Assembly (NCBI GenBank): GCA_951406725.2
Contig: OX597826.1
Coordinates: 7,502,001-7,566,000 of the forward strand
Length of the DNA: 64,000 nucleotides
From: Octopus vulgaris
Lineage: Eukaryota
Direction: 5' to 3'
Shown: piece after piece, positions 13,520-27,690 of the stretch
Numbering within the stretch: the first letter of the stretch is position 1
Layout: each line of letters opens with the position of its first letter
The notes under the pieces: model-generated
Seen by the model: the letters and a program-made list of their open reading frames with translations, nothing else
What the model was told of the DNA's origin: nothing
Databases searched by the model: none
Made by a program: the position numbers and the translations under genes

Positions 13520-13765
13520 GCTTCCATATACTTTATCTCCCATTCTTCCTAGCTCTCGTGTGTGCGGCATTCACCATGATAGATCGCTAGCCACTACACA
13601 TTCTTTATTTTCTCTCCTTGTTTCTTTCTGTGTTCCTTCCTGTGGAAGAGCGTAGGCTCGAAACGTTAAAGACATTTTCACTTTCCGAGCGTTAAACTAA
13701 CACATCTGTTTGTTGTCTACACCGCCTGTCTTCGTTTTTTGGGGTTTTTTTTGCGAATTCTTCCC

Positions 13766-13770
<5 letters not shown>
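13520..13770 (+). mobile_element. Penelope-like pseudo-LTR fragment with a degenerate minimal hammerhead motif
   Basis: CTGTGGAAGAGCGTAGGCTCGAAACGTTA at 13640-13668. It abuts (TA)n and has the same architecture as 28000-28206. Confidence 0.6.
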
Positions 13771-13811
<41 letters not shown>

Positions 13812-13859
13812 CGGATGAGTGAATAAATATCTATATATTCTCTCACAAACGTTCATGAT

Positions 13860-14900
13860 ATGTTGGGCAAAAACATTTATAAGATTTAAAAATGTGATGT
13901 ATGGAACTTCATTTTGATCTATACAATTCTCTTGAATCTATCTTCTTGAACAGATCATACCTGTAGCGCCCATTTTCTAACTGGAGATTCTAGTGGTAAG
14001 ATTCCGAATATTGCGATTTAGGAATACATCAATGATTGTCACATAACTCTCAATGTTGTTCTTAAGCAGTTGATGGATTGTAGCATCCATGACATCTTAA
14101 ATAATAGTCCTTTAGAAATAGTCTCTCCTGGTCTCACCATGGAAAAATAACTCGGTTATTTTGCCAATTTGACTGTCACTATTATAGGAATGTATTTCAC
14201 CATGAATTGCATTTCTATTTGGAGCACTTTTAAAGGCAGAAGCTTCATAGATTCTCTAGTTTCGAGAAAAGAAGCAATCTGCACCTGATGGGTAACTTTT
14301 TTTCTATTTCCGTATGTATGCTGGATGGTCGTTTCAAACATTTTCTCCATATTGCTTTGTCTACTAATAATAGATATATTACGCACTTTCCCTATGTCGG
14401 TGATACACATATTTTCAATTGGTGTCAGGAGGATGGAGACATTTCATCTGCATGGGCTGGATGAAAGATTGCACGGAGGCTTTCAAACATTGCCATGTGT
14501 GGTTAGTGAAAACCTGTATTCATTCAAATCAATTATATTTTCTGGCCCTTAGTATTTTCCTGGAAAAAGGTAAAATAGAGCATTGGCTCTTCATTGGAAG
14601 TTTGGGTCATAAAAGACAGCGTTGACTAATTTCTCTCCTGATCATCCGAAGAAGGATTTTAATCTCTTTGTTGAATGGCCATCTGTGTCTGCAGCAGAGT
14701 CAGATTTAAGTAAAACCAGTAGCTCCCCGTCTCACCATGATTGTAGGATGAATTGTTTAATCTTCCAGAGGTGGTTTCAGAAAGCCCCGTTTGAAATGCT
14801 TTTAATTTCATATTCTCTACGTTCAGCTTTCTTGTTGGTAGCCTGCCATGAAGTGTTCTCCTGCTTCTCAATTTCTACTCAACTAACAATGATCCTATGA
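13860..14900 (-). mobile_element. Possible decayed hAT-like transposase remnant
   Basis: Minus-strand fragments FFHGETRRDYF*RTII*DVMDATI and LKICVSPT resemble hAT transposase segments. Very degenerate. Confidence 0.3.
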
Positions 14901-14993
14901 TCAGACACACACATAGACACACTAACACATCCAACAGACATATATGCATATGTGTATGTTTATAAATACAGAATTAATATATGTATACATATA

Positions 14994-15413
14994 TACTCTT
15001 TACTCTTTACTCTTTTACTTCTTTCAGTCATTTGACTGCGGCCATGCTGGAGCACCGCCTTTAGTCGAGCAAATCGACCCCGGGACTTATTCTTTGTAAG
15101 CCCAGTACTTATTCTATCGGTCTCTTTTGCCGAACCGCTAAGTGACGGGGACGTAAACACACCAGCATCGGTTGTCAAGCAATGCTAGGGGGACAAACAC
15201 AGACACACAAACATATACACACACACTTATATATATATATACATATATACGACAGGCTTCTTTCAGTTTCCGTCTACCAAATCCACTCTCAAGGCTTTGG
15301 TCGGCCCGGGGCTATAGCAGAAGACACTTGCCCAAGATGCCACGCAGTGGGACTGAACCCGGAACCATGTGGTTGATTAGCAAGCTACTTACCACACAGT
15401 CACTCCTGCGCCT
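14994..15413 (-). mobile_element. SINE family 1, full length
   Basis: Near-identical to 10076-10493. Confidence 0.9.
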
Positions 15414-15429
15414 ATATGTAGGTAAATAT

Positions 15430-16017
15430 AATTTCTTGTCTATTCTAGGCACAAGGACCGAAATTTTGGTTGAGGGGCCAGTCGATTAGATCAACACCAG
15501 TACACAACTGGTACTTAATTTATTGACTTCGAAAGGACGAAAGGCAAAGTCGACCTCGGCAGAATTTGAACGCAGAACTTAGGTAAATATATATTCTTTT
15601 CTGCTCTAGACACAAGGCCCAACACTTTGGAGGTGGGGACCAGTCGATTAGATTGCCCTCATTACGGAACTGGTACTTAATTTATCGACCTCGAAAGAAT
15701 GAAAGGCAAAGTCAACTTCGCCGGAATTTTAACTCAGAACGTAAAGACAGACGAAGTTTTTCATACCGCGTGCTAACGTTTCTTATTTTTTTATTGCCCA
15801 CATGGGGATAAACATAGAGGGGCAAACAAGGACAGACAGAGGGATTAAGTCGATTACGTCGACGCCAGTGTGTAACCGGTGCTTACGTTATCGACCGCGA
15901 AAGGATGAAAGACAAAGTCTATCTCGGCGAAATTTGAACTCAGAACGTAACGGCAGACGAAATACCGGTAAGCATTATCGCCTGACGTGCTAACGTTTCT
16001 GCTAGCTCGCCGCCTTA
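15430..16017 (-). mobile_element. Stack of three Meta-domain SINE copies
   Basis: Three same-strand GAAAGGATGAAAG-type cores. A TAGGTAAATATA-like spacer recurs at about 15419, 15580 and 16017. Confidence 0.8.
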
Positions 16018-16269
16018 AGTTAAACATATATTGTAATTTTACGTGTATTAGCTTAATTTCGAGTGTATGCATATCACTCTCAAGAGTTGATATTATTTTG
16101 AAATTCCTCCAGAATTAATTCTCCTTTTAATTCCCTAACCTTACGAGTAACGTCCTTCTACAAATTTTTCAAGTTGCAAGCTGTAAACTCCATCTTGCTT
16201 TCTAGCGTTTGGCTCATCGTATAGTTAATGGGACGGTGGGTTATATTGCTTTCGCATTAATGTGGGGAA

Positions 16270-16685
16270 CTATAGACTGGTTAGCACCCCCGGGCAAAAT
16301 GTTTAGCGACATTTCATCGGTCTCTACGTTCTGAGTTCAAATTCCACCGGGGTAAACTTCTGGCTAGATGAAATAAGTACCAGTTACGTACTGAGGTCGA
16401 TGTAATCGACTAACTTCCTTCCTCCAAGTCTACAGGCTTTGTTGCTATAGTAGAAAGGATATTACTTTTCGCATTTCGGCGGCGAGATGGCAAAACAATT
16501 AGCAAGCTGTGCAAAATGCTTCGGGACATTACGTTCCGAGTTCAAATTCCATCAAGGTCGACTTTGCCTTCACGTCTTTTCTGGGTCGATAAAATCAGTA
16601 TCATTTGAGCATTCGAGTGTCCTTGTAATCGACTACATCTTGCTCCTCATAACACTGGCCTTGGGTCAAAATATGAAATCGATAT
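16270..16685 (+). mobile_element. Two older Meta-domain SINE copies in tandem
   Basis: Degenerate heads (GTTAGCACCCCCGGGCAAAATG; GGCGGCGAGATGGCA) and GTTCAAATTCC B boxes. Confidence 0.7.
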
Positions 16686-17949
16686 TACCTTTTGCATTGG
16701 TCAGTTCAATTTCTAGATAAATTAATTGGTATTTCTCTTGTAATGAAGTACGCAACGGATTCGTTAAAATTAGTTTAATTCGTTTTTAAATCAGTATTGA
16801 ACTCTAGACTTTATGATAGATTTCTTGTGAGTACCAGGTGTGTGAGTGCCAGAATCACAGCAGGTAATGTTTTAGTAATTGCTCTTAAATATGGCTCGTC
16901 TTCGCAGGTGTATATTATATGACTCGGAAAATTTCGACAATAACATGCGTCATCATCGCAATAATTCTTCACTGTTTAACAGATGCGATCGTGTTTTTCT
17001 TTCTGTCATCTCTTACTTGCATTTAAATATTAATATGTAATATGAGTTCTATAGTTTCATCTCATGAATACGATATTATATAAATGGGAACCATTTTATA
17101 TTGAAAGTACTCTTTTCATTTTACAAAGACGCTATTTGGCTTCATGTTGATACTTTATCATGTTGATATTTTCTCAGAATATTCTTAATTTTTGCTGTCA
17201 TATATACTAATTTTAATTAAAATCTGGTGCTCTATTTAATCTTTAAACAAAATGTATATTCAAAGAAGACATGTTTTATTTGTTTAGGAAGTTCACAATC
17301 TATATGATCGTAAGTTGAAATATTCTACCGAAATATAAAAATACATTTTCCTTTTCCAAAATTTTAAGACGCTTAATTGTAGTTTTATCTTAGAAGCCTA
17401 GAAGAGATTTCATCTCATTTATCTCCGTTTTTTAACTTTTTTTTTCAATTAATCCATTATTCATTAAATATATTTGTAATTTCAGGAAATTATTTACGTA
17501 ATTACAGATATTCAGTCTCCCTTCATGCTATTTCCTTTAAAGATAGGTCGAGATATAAGTTTGTTGAGTTGTCTTTGTTATATGATTATACCAATACCGA
17601 ATGAAAGTAACTCCTTTAGCGACAATAATTTATACTTATTAGATGAATAAGTAAATTCGCACCTGTCACTAATGTCAGCAGATTTGTCAAAACAACTTAA
17701 TAATGAATATCATCTTTTCCGAACTTTGAACTAGATTATTGATGTAGCAGCCGTGGTTACTAAGTGTTTCTGATTAGTTATGATCCATTTTGAAAGGACT
17801 ATTGTTTGTAATTATTCACCTCATCGGAATTAGAATTTCCCCTAATTCAAACAATATACTCGCTAAGAGAGCATATCCCCAAATTTGTATACCTTTCTTT
17901 GCCAGAGCATATCTACATCGGTGTTCACATAGTCGAATTCCCCCTCTCT

Positions 17950-17981
17950 CACATACAGACACACATACATGCGTATATGTA

Positions 17982-18021
<40 letters not shown>

Positions 18022-18079
18022 TAGATAGATATACACACACAAACACACACTTACACATACTTGTATATATATATGTATG

Positions 18080-18129
<50 letters not shown>

Positions 18130-18147
18130 TATATATGTGTGTGTGTG

Positions 18148-18178
<31 letters not shown>

Positions 18179-18450
18179 GTTGATAGATAGATATACACAC
18201 ACAAATACACATTTACGCATACATGTATGTATATATATATATATATGTGTGTATATATGTATATATACACATATATTTGCTTGTATATAGGAGAGAAAAT
18301 AAGGATGTGTAGTGGCTTGCGATATATATATGAAACCTTGTGCATATGTATGTATATGTGTGCATATATATATATGAATGCATACGTACATAGACATATA
18401 TGTATATATTCATACATCTACATACTCACAGGCATATATGTGTATGTGTG
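17950..18450. repeat. Compound (TA)n/(CA)n/(TATG)n microsatellite
   Basis: Direct reading. Confidence 0.9.
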
Positions 18451-18457
18451 CAGACGT

Positions 18458-18609
18458 GACTGAGTGGTAAGTAGCTTGCTACCCAACCACGTGGATCCGG
18501 GTTCAGTCCCAATGCGTGGCACTCTGGGGCAAGTGTCTCCTACTGTAACCTCGGGCCGACCAAAGCCTTGTGAATGGATTTGGGAGACAGAAACTGAAAG
18601 GAAACTTTC

Positions 18610-18675
<66 letters not shown>

Positions 18676-18870
18676 CTGATTTTGTTACCTCACCAACGTT
18701 TCACAGCGGTTGCTGGTGCGTCTACGTCCCCGTAAATTAGCAGTTCGGCAAAAGAGCGCAATAGAATAAGTACTAGGCTTAAAAAGAATAAATCTCCGGG
18801 TCGATTTGTTCGTCTAAAGGCGTTGCTCCAGCATAGCCGCAGCCAACTGACTGGGGCAAGTAAAGGAATA
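18458..18870 (+). mobile_element. SINE family 1
   Basis: GTGGTAAGTAGCTTGC...GGTTCAGTCCC, GGGCAAGTGTCT, internal (TA)n(TG)n, and family 3' part. Confidence 0.87.
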
Positions 18871-18955
18871 AACGAATACACACACACATACATATATATA
18901 TAATAAAGGAAAAATATATAGTAAATACACTAGCTAAAAACGCATACCATATATT

Positions 18956-19421
18956 TATTTCTTTATTGCCCACAGTGGAATTAAAGATAGAGGGGTCAAA
19001 CAAGGACAGACAGAGGGGATAATTAGATTACCTCCACCCCAATGCATAACTGGTACTTATTTAATCGACCCCGCAACGTTGAAAGGTAATGTCGACCTCG
19101 GCGGAATTTGAATTCACAACGTAACCGTAGACGAATTACCGTAGAGCATGTCGCCCGGCGTGCTAACGATTCTGCCAGCTCGCCGCCTTATGCGTTTAAC
19201 ATATATTAATTTCTACCCTAGGTACAAGGCCTGAAATTTTGGGGGAAGGATCCAGTCAATTTGATCGACCCCAGTACGCATCTTGTTTTTAACTTATCAA
19301 CCCCGAAATGTTGAAAGGCACAGTCGACCTCGGCAGAATTTGAACTCAGAACTTAACCGCAGACGAAATACCGCAAATCAATTTGCCCGGCGTGCTAACG
19401 ATTCTGCCAGCTCGTCGCCTT
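18956..19421 (-). mobile_element. Two stacked Meta-domain SINEs (tail A and tail B) separated and flanked by a repeated spacer
   Basis: CGTTTAACATATATT at 19193 and 19424, and a diverged CGCATACCATATATT at about 18941. Confidence 0.85.
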
Positions 19422-20014
19422 AAACGTTTAACATATATTGATTTTATGCACAAACGGACGGAAGACAGACACAAAAGTTCCCTAATTCTTTATCAGTTAT
19501 CAACCAGGTGGTATTACTCAGTTTTGCGCCCTTAATAATAAGACTGAGATGCCTCCCACGCTAGCTGTTCCTGCTAAAGTTACGGAGGATATAACGGTGA
19601 GGGCAAATAATATATGAAAAATAAGCGTTAGATATGTGGATATAGAAAAGTGAATAAATGTATTTTAAGACGATGGGTGAAAGACAAAGGTGAACTAAAT
19701 AAGAAACAAGCAGAATATAGCCTCAGGGCCAAAAGAACATCAATGGTGGGTAATGCTTAGAGGGTAATCCTAAAGGATTGGAAAAACAAAATGCAAGATA
19801 CGTACCAGTGGGACACAGAATTTTGGACCGGACAGCTACGCGCATGGCTGTAAAAAAAAGGGGGAAGAAAGAGGCTAGCTACAGATCACGTGTAAGCGGC
19901 AGGCAGAGGAGAAAGAGGATAAGAGAGAGGGACAGAGAGAAGGGGAGGGATGAAGAGCAGTAAACGGAAAAAGAAGAAAGGCTAGAAATAGAGTCGCACG
20001 GATATATTATTTTA

Positions 20015-20182
20015 TACTTTTATGAAGTTGACTGCAGCCAAATTACTATAGTCGAATAAATCGAGCCCAGAACTTATTATTTGTAAACCTAGTACTTATT
20101 CTGTTGGTCTCTTTTTCCGAACCGCTAGATTACAAGGATGCAAACACACCAACATCGGTTGTGTGGGAAACAAAGACAGATA

Positions 20183-20235
<53 letters not shown>

Positions 20236-20406
20236 GTATATACGACGGGCTTCTTTCAGTTTCCGTCTACCCAATCCGCTCACTAGGCTTTGGTCGGCTC
20301 GAGGCTATAATAGAAGGCACTTGTCCTATGTGCCACGCAGTGGGACTGAACCCAGAACCATGTGGTTGGTAAGCATGCTTCTTAGCACACAGTTACACCT
20401 GCGCCT
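20015..20406 (-). mobile_element. SINE family 1, diverged
   Basis: Similarity to other family 1 copies; internal (CA)n. Confidence 0.82.
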
Positions 20407-20804
20407 GAATATCTAACTATTAATAAAATCCAGATATAGAATATATTTTCCACGTTGATTTAGTATTCATATGTACACGATATGGACAGATACAATCTAC
20501 ATTAAATCTTTTTAATGGCAGCTGGAGACATGGTTAACTTCCTTGTACCTATTCATATTTATAAGATCTATTTATTAGTAGTATTAGTATTATTAGTATT
20601 CATTTCTATTAGTATTCGCTATTCATAGTTATAAGATAAGTATTAGTATTCGCTATAACGCGGCGGAATTTATTTCAATTCCATCAGACGTTGCATGCAT
20701 TTTCGAAAATATTGGAGTCCTCACACAGAAGCCAGAATCTTATTCTAGGTAAATGTTATCATACGCACGTAACTATTGTTATATTAGTAACCGTGGTTAA
20801 TACA

Positions 20805-21067
20805 TATTTCTTTACTACCCACAAGGGGCTAAACACAGAGAGGACAAACAAGTACAGGCAGACGGATTAAGTCGATTTCTTCGACCCCAGTGCGTAACTG
20901 GTACTTATTTAATCGACCCCGAAAGGATGAAAGGCAAAGTCAACCTAGGCGGAATTTGAACTCAGAACGTAGCGGCAGACGAATTACCGCTAAGTATTTC
21001 GTAACGGCAGACGAAATGCGGCTACGCATTTCGCCCGGCGTGCTAACGTTTCTGCCAGCTCGCCGCC
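20805..21067 (-). mobile_element. Meta-domain SINE (tail A) with a small internal duplication in the head
   Basis: Family 2 sequence; CGTAgCGGCAGACGAA segment duplicated. CGTGGTTAATACA is repeated at 20792 and 21175. Confidence 0.85.
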
Positions 21068-21381
21068 TCTTAAAATTTTCAGCTGATCTCACCACAATTT
21101 GAACTCACGTCTTAAACAAATATCTCAAGAAATTCTGCTGAACACTCTAGCAACTGCACCAACTCACCACTAGACGTGGTTAATACAATCAGGAGTAATA
21201 TAAACATCTAAATTCGATCAATCGACTTTTAGTGATAATCGGTGTCAACTATAACAAAAGCTTGTTGAATGTAACAAGCAATAATTTTCAAATAATCAGG
21301 TTCGAAGAGGTACCTTAACAGTGTCTGCCGTTTATCGTGTTTGCGTATTTAATTTCTGAATTTCCTTGCTTTTTATTTTTC

Positions 21382-21733
21382 ACTGGCACTATGACGCGGC
21401 AATGCCGGGTAATAGTGCTAGTACATGCATATACAGCTGTGTGTGTGCGCACACACACGGGAGTACTGTCCAAATCTCCGACCAATCATATACAGCTAGC
21501 TGGCATTCAATTGGCGTATCAAGTTTCGGGCATTTTGATTGGGTTTTGGATAGAAACTTCACAAAAAAGTCGGTTCTATTGATTTTTTAATGGCTTTGCG
21601 GAGTGACTTGGGAAATGTAAAGATGTGCACGACCATCCTTGGACGGTTTTAAATCACCATAGAAAGTGCGAGCCCTCTAACAGAAAATTTGTGGATTTGT
21701 ATAAGGGACACACACACAGACAGACATTTTGCC
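21382..21733 (-). mobile_element. Non-autonomous Helitron-like element
   Basis: The minus strand starts TCTCTCTATATATGTAAACGGCAAAATGTCTGTCTGTGTG (typical TC...TATATA start with (GTCT)n). The other end carries a GC-rich hairpin with a CTAG-like terminus. Confidence 0.6.
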
Positions 21734-22173
21734 GTTTACATATATAGAGAGATTTTTTCTTATTCTAAATATGGTTTAATGACTCCAAATGCGACCATCT
21801 ATATAAATATTTTGAACATAAAGCTTCCGAGGCTAAACTTATGAGTCATTTAAAATGTTTTCTTTAAGAAAGGCACAAAATGCGTCGATCATTTCCAAGA
21901 ATGGTGAGAAAAGGCTAGGATTAAGTTGAGCCACGTTGACAGGCTTTTGAACTTAACAAGGGATTCTCGCGCTTGGGTCTCCATGTATCAGAGGAAACGC
22001 AAGAATAGGACGACTGAAAAGGACCACAAGGTTCCAGCTGGGCCATTTTAAGAACATTTTATACAGTGAGGACCCACACTCTGCTTCTTTCGAAGGTTTC
22101 ATCGATGTATGTTGAATTATTCTCGTATACCTCAGTAATTGTACATATATACACATATGCATACATACATACA

Positions 22174-22225
<52 letters not shown>

Positions 22226-23059
22226 GTATTGCAAATTTTTGGGAGCAGTTAATCGATTATATTGATTCATCAACTTCATTTTATCGATCCTGGAAACAGA
22301 AAAGAAAGAGTTTATGCCGGCGGGATTGAAACGATGTGTATACAACACCGGAATACATACTACGCGGCTTTTCTTAATAAATATCAATCCCTCTAAATAT
22401 TAATCCACAGTATACATGTATGTGTATGTGCGTGTGTGTGCGTATGGGTGTATATGTAAAAGAAATTATGATTAAAACAAATTTATATATTTTCCCCATG
22501 GCTTTATATTTTCGAACAAGGGAATGTAGCACCCCACTCAGCTCAAAACAATATCGGTATATCGCGATTTCTGAGTTATTTCTCTTCATCAGCACAAAAT
22601 AATTGTTTTGCTAGAAGTGGCGCTGCTAAATTCGCGTCCGAAATATATAGTTTTCAAAGTGACAACTAGTCACTGATCTACAAATTAGAAAATTACCAGA
22701 TGGTGTCGTATAGTCAACTGGAGACGATATCTCCTGGGGCTGAATTACAGTAACATTCGTGCTAAACCAGGACTGCCGTGTTATGTTAGCAAAAAATCTT
22801 TACTCCAAAGTACTGTTGCTGAACATCTCTCGTTGTGAGATTTACAAATAGTAATTTTCTAAGAGGGATTTGCGTCATGGTGCTATTTTACTCACAGACG
22901 GTGGCAAACTGACCCTATTGTACTGTGTAGTCCATAAAATCAAAACAAACAATGCGCATGCGCGAAATTAAGAATATAATACGGTGACAATTTAATCATC
23001 GCACACTGTATGTATATATATATATATATCTGTGTGCGTGTGTATTCTTTTTTTCTTTT

Positions 23060-23397
23060 CTTTTACTTCTTTCAGTCATTTAACTGCGGCCATGTTGGAG
23101 CACCGCCTTTAGTCGAACAAATCGACCCCAGGACTTATTGTTTGGAAGCCTACTTATTGTTTGGAAGACTATTCGACTCTTTTACCGAATAGTTAATTTA
23201 AGGGGACGTAAACACACCAACATCGGCTGTCAAGTGTTGGTATGGGGATAGACACAGACACACAAATACACACACACACACAAACATTTATATATATATA
23301 CAACAGGCTTCTTTCAGTTTCCTTCTACCAAATCCACCCAGAAACGCTTGGTCGGGCTGAAGCTATAGTAGAGGACACACAGATACTCCTCCGCCTA
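23060..23397 (-). mobile_element. SINE family 1, diverged and internally deleted
   Basis: CAGTCATTTAACTGCGGCCATG...CACCGCCTTTAGTCGAAC match. Confidence 0.8.
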
Positions 23398-23409
23398 TAT
23401 ATATAATAC

Positions 23410-23445
<36 letters not shown>

Positions 23446-24129
23446 TATCTCAAGAGAGGGAGGAGACTGAGCGAGCATGAACATTGATTTTTGTAAACCA
23501 ACAAGTTTTAAGATGTAAAAAGCGTTGACAGGTTTTTAACATCGCTGTCATATCAAACAGGTGACGATATATTTGAGATCATGTTAGATATATTATTTAT
23601 ATAAAGTATCGAAATAGTACATGATGGTATTTTACATTTTCCACCTGTGAAAATTTGATATAAATTTTCTCAGTTAAAGTATGTGCGTACGGAGTAAATA
23701 AACGTTATTAATGTCTTTCATTTTGACGTCTTTTATACCCCACACATATCTTGATAAGACTGTAGCCTTCTTTAAGTGTTTTTCATATTTTCGCGTTATT
23801 TAGAAATGGAACAGGTGCGATGTTAAAAGAAACTGCATATGGAGACTGCTTACGCCCAATCCGAAATAAGGGTTTCTTTCTCAAATCCCTTGCTACCACG
23901 TTTAATAATACAGAAAGCTAAACACTATGGTATGTTTAAACCAGTTTTGATAAACTATTCAGAAAAAAGATTATCTTCACCTAATTGTAAAGAAAACGCC
24001 TCCTCGAAGAAGAATATTTCAGTTGCAAAATAATACACATTCTGACATTGCGTACACAACATTATATTCATAAATACCTACACACATTATACATTCAAGC
24101 ACGCATATATATTTATACCATTAGCTCAT

Positions 24130-24160
<31 letters not shown>

Positions 24161-24175
24161 GTATGAATTTATATA

Positions 24176-24209
<34 letters not shown>

Positions 24210-24217
24210 TTTATATA

Positions 24218-24292
<75 letters not shown>

Positions 24293-24325
24293 GTGTGTCT
24301 GTGCGTGTATGTGTGTATTTATAAT

Positions 24326-24360
<35 letters not shown>

Positions 24361-24547
24361 GAATAACACTATTCTTCAGGTTCTAGATAATTTTTTTTCT
24401 TCCTCCGAACAACTTAACGAAAGAATCAACAAACAAAGCGAGTGTAAAGCAATGAAGTTCGGTTTTTCAAAGAACAGAATAACAAAGGAAAGCGAAAGCT
24501 ATAAAATGCAAATGATCTTTGAAAGAATATTAATGCATTATCATTAC

Positions 24548-24618
<71 letters not shown>

Positions 24619-24656
24619 GATATTTTTCTGTTATTAAAGATGATGATAAAAAATAA

Positions 24657-24695
<39 letters not shown>

Positions 24696-24991
24696 AACAA
24701 CAATGAAATAAAAATCAAAAATACACAGCAAAAAGTGGACGATGATAAACATTGTTTTATATAGCGTTATAGACGATTATGTCGTATATCATTAATTTGA
24801 TAACAGTATGCTTAATTCATGATTGAAACTTATGCAGCAACGACACCGCCAAACTTGGCGTTGGGGCTATTTATTATTGGTTGGACGATAAAATAGTATG
24901 TCTTTCCTTCTATTATATATTCTTAACTCCAAAATAATAATGATAATAACGATAATAATAATAAATAATAATAATAATGATGATGATGATG

Positions 24992-25048
<57 letters not shown>

Positions 25049-25656
25049 TTGATAATATGATGAAAACAACACCGACAACAACAGCAGAAATATCAAGTAA
25101 ATACCCTCCCAAACAACCAGCCAACCAACCTACCAACCAAACAGTGAACCTACCACTCAGCCACCCTACAAGCATCTCAATCAATATTACTTTTAATAGC
25201 CAAGAAAATATGATCAATCTCTTGAATATTCAAGAATTATTCTGAGTTAAATAAATTGGAGAAGATAATAAGGATAAAGGAAGAAGAAGAAACGCAAAAA
25301 ATGAAATTCTTTGAAAAATTAAGAAAAAAAAATATAAAAGAAATAGCGGAACACAACCAAAAAGTAAAAAAAAAACGATAACATAAACAGACAGAAACAA
25401 AAGAAAAGAATAACAAAAAGAAAATAAAACTACAAAATAACACACAAAAAAAAAAAAACAAAGCTTATTGGTTCATAACTGAATTAGAAATTTCATAAGG
25501 GAGAACATAAAAGAAAGCAGAAAGAGATAGATTAGAGAGGGAATCAGAGAGAGAGAGAGAGAGAGAGGAAGACAGTGGGAGAGAGAGAGAGAGGGAGAGA
25601 GAGAAAGACAAAGAGAGTGACGATAAATAGATGTGGTATGATTTTGCATATGCATC

Positions 25657-25699
<43 letters not shown>

Positions 25700-25862
25700 C
25701 TTTCTTCCGCTCTTCATGCCCCCCCCCCCACACACAAAAAAATAGTGGAAGGCAGTGGGGAGAAATAATGATTTATATTGACTCCGAAAGACTCTGTGAC
25801 TCTATCACGTATGATTATTGAATAGGTTCACCGTTTGCCTAACTCAGTGAGCTAATTATATA

Positions 25863-25961
<99 letters not shown>

Positions 25962-26234
25962 GTATGTACGTATGTATGTACGTATGCATGTATGTATATA
26001 TATATATATATATATATACATATGTACATACATAGTTTCATACATATATATATATATATATATATATACAAAGATTCTTAAATATATGCACATACAGTGT
26101 GCATCGGTGCGAATATAATATGAACAAGTTGGTAGATTTGTACACAAACAAACATACACGCACATACATATGCATATGTGTAAGAATAGACATGTGTGTT
26201 TGTGTGTGTATATAAATATATATATATGTATGTA

Positions 26235-26305
<71 letters not shown>

Positions 26306-26600
26306 ATGTGTGTGTGTATGTATATATACACGTGTGCATATTTTGCTATATAATCAAATGCACTCTGATGATAAAAAGTCTAAGTGCGCGTGTGTAACCA
26401 TAGAACGGATTGGAGCGTACAATTTGTGTATTTTAAGCCTATATATATTTATATGTGTGTGTGTGTGTGTATGCATGCATACATGCGTACACAGACGCAC
26501 ACATACATGCAAGGCCTTAATTATATATTTTTATTTATTTAAATCTTCTGTTAGTGTATATGTGTATATGTTTCTGTATTTGTATGTTTATATACAAGAT
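24130..26600. repeat. Dense cluster of (TA)n, (TAT)n, (AAT)n, (GA)n and (TG)n microsatellites
   Basis: Direct reading. Confidence 0.9.
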
Positions 26601-27481
26601 ATTATATGTATGTACGTCTGAATCTATATGTGCGTACGAAAATATGCATGCATATATGGATATATGTACGTATTCATATCAAAATGATTGGGTGCTCAAC
26701 GCAACAATTGACTTGAAAGCATTCTTTTCCAGCTAACAGTGATTAGAAGAAGAAGAAGAAGAAATCACATCAACTGGTTTTCATAGCGTCAATGAAAACA
26801 CGGAATAGAGGAACGGGTTAAAGATAAGACGGAAAATAATATTTTTGTATTTTTAAAAAAATTTTTATCACAAAAAAATACAAGCAATTCCGACTAAAAT
26901 TAATAAAGGATTAAAGAATATGCTTCACGAGAATTATAAATATATTCCTAAAATTAAATAGCATTTTTTTTTTAAAACTTGATATATTCAAGTAAAGAAA
27001 ATTTAATTCATTTTTGTGATAATCATATAATCATTCCTGAAATGAATCACCCGTACCTCTTTGGCATACGATCCTTTTAATATTCAGTTGAATAGATTTA
27101 AGTGAATAAGTCTCAAGGGGAATAAATGTTGATTTCTTTCATCTCGACACAAAGTTAATGTGGTGAGTGAGGTATGGTTGATTGGATCGTTTCTGTATAT
27201 ATTACTGGACACTGAAAAGCCAAAGACGATGTCTTGGGCGACTTAGTCCCTCGCTAAAATCACTTATCTTGAGTAAATTTACTGAAAGATAATATTTGGT
27301 TCACCAACCTTATCGTTCGTTCTTAAAACTGATCCAAATTTCGATATGAAATTTAGCTTAAGCTACTAAACTATTTTCTTTTATCATAGCTCGTAGAGAG
27401 TTGAGAAAATTACTATTTCTGCTATTTTGCACAGACCTATGGGACTGAGTTCAGCTGATACTTGAGATCGAAATGATTTAT

Positions 27482-27519
<38 letters not shown>

Positions 27520-27607
27520 ATGGTATTATTAAAATACCATCACAAGTGGTAAGCGAATTATTAGCTCTACAGGCAAATTAATAAAATATATACATACAAT
27601 ATTAGAT

Positions 27608-27690
27608 ATGTACATATATACATAAGGGTACTAAATGTACATATATACATAAGGGTACTATATGTACATATATACATAAGGGTGCCAAAT
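27608..27690. repeat. 27-bp minisatellite, about 3 copies (ATGTACATATATACATAAGGGTACTAA)
   Basis: Direct reading. Confidence 0.9.

Noticed and set aside
23529-23835. Possible MITE bounded by a TTTTAACATCGC inverted pair
   Set aside because: Only 12 bp match, the termini and TSD are unclear, and there is no second copy in the window.
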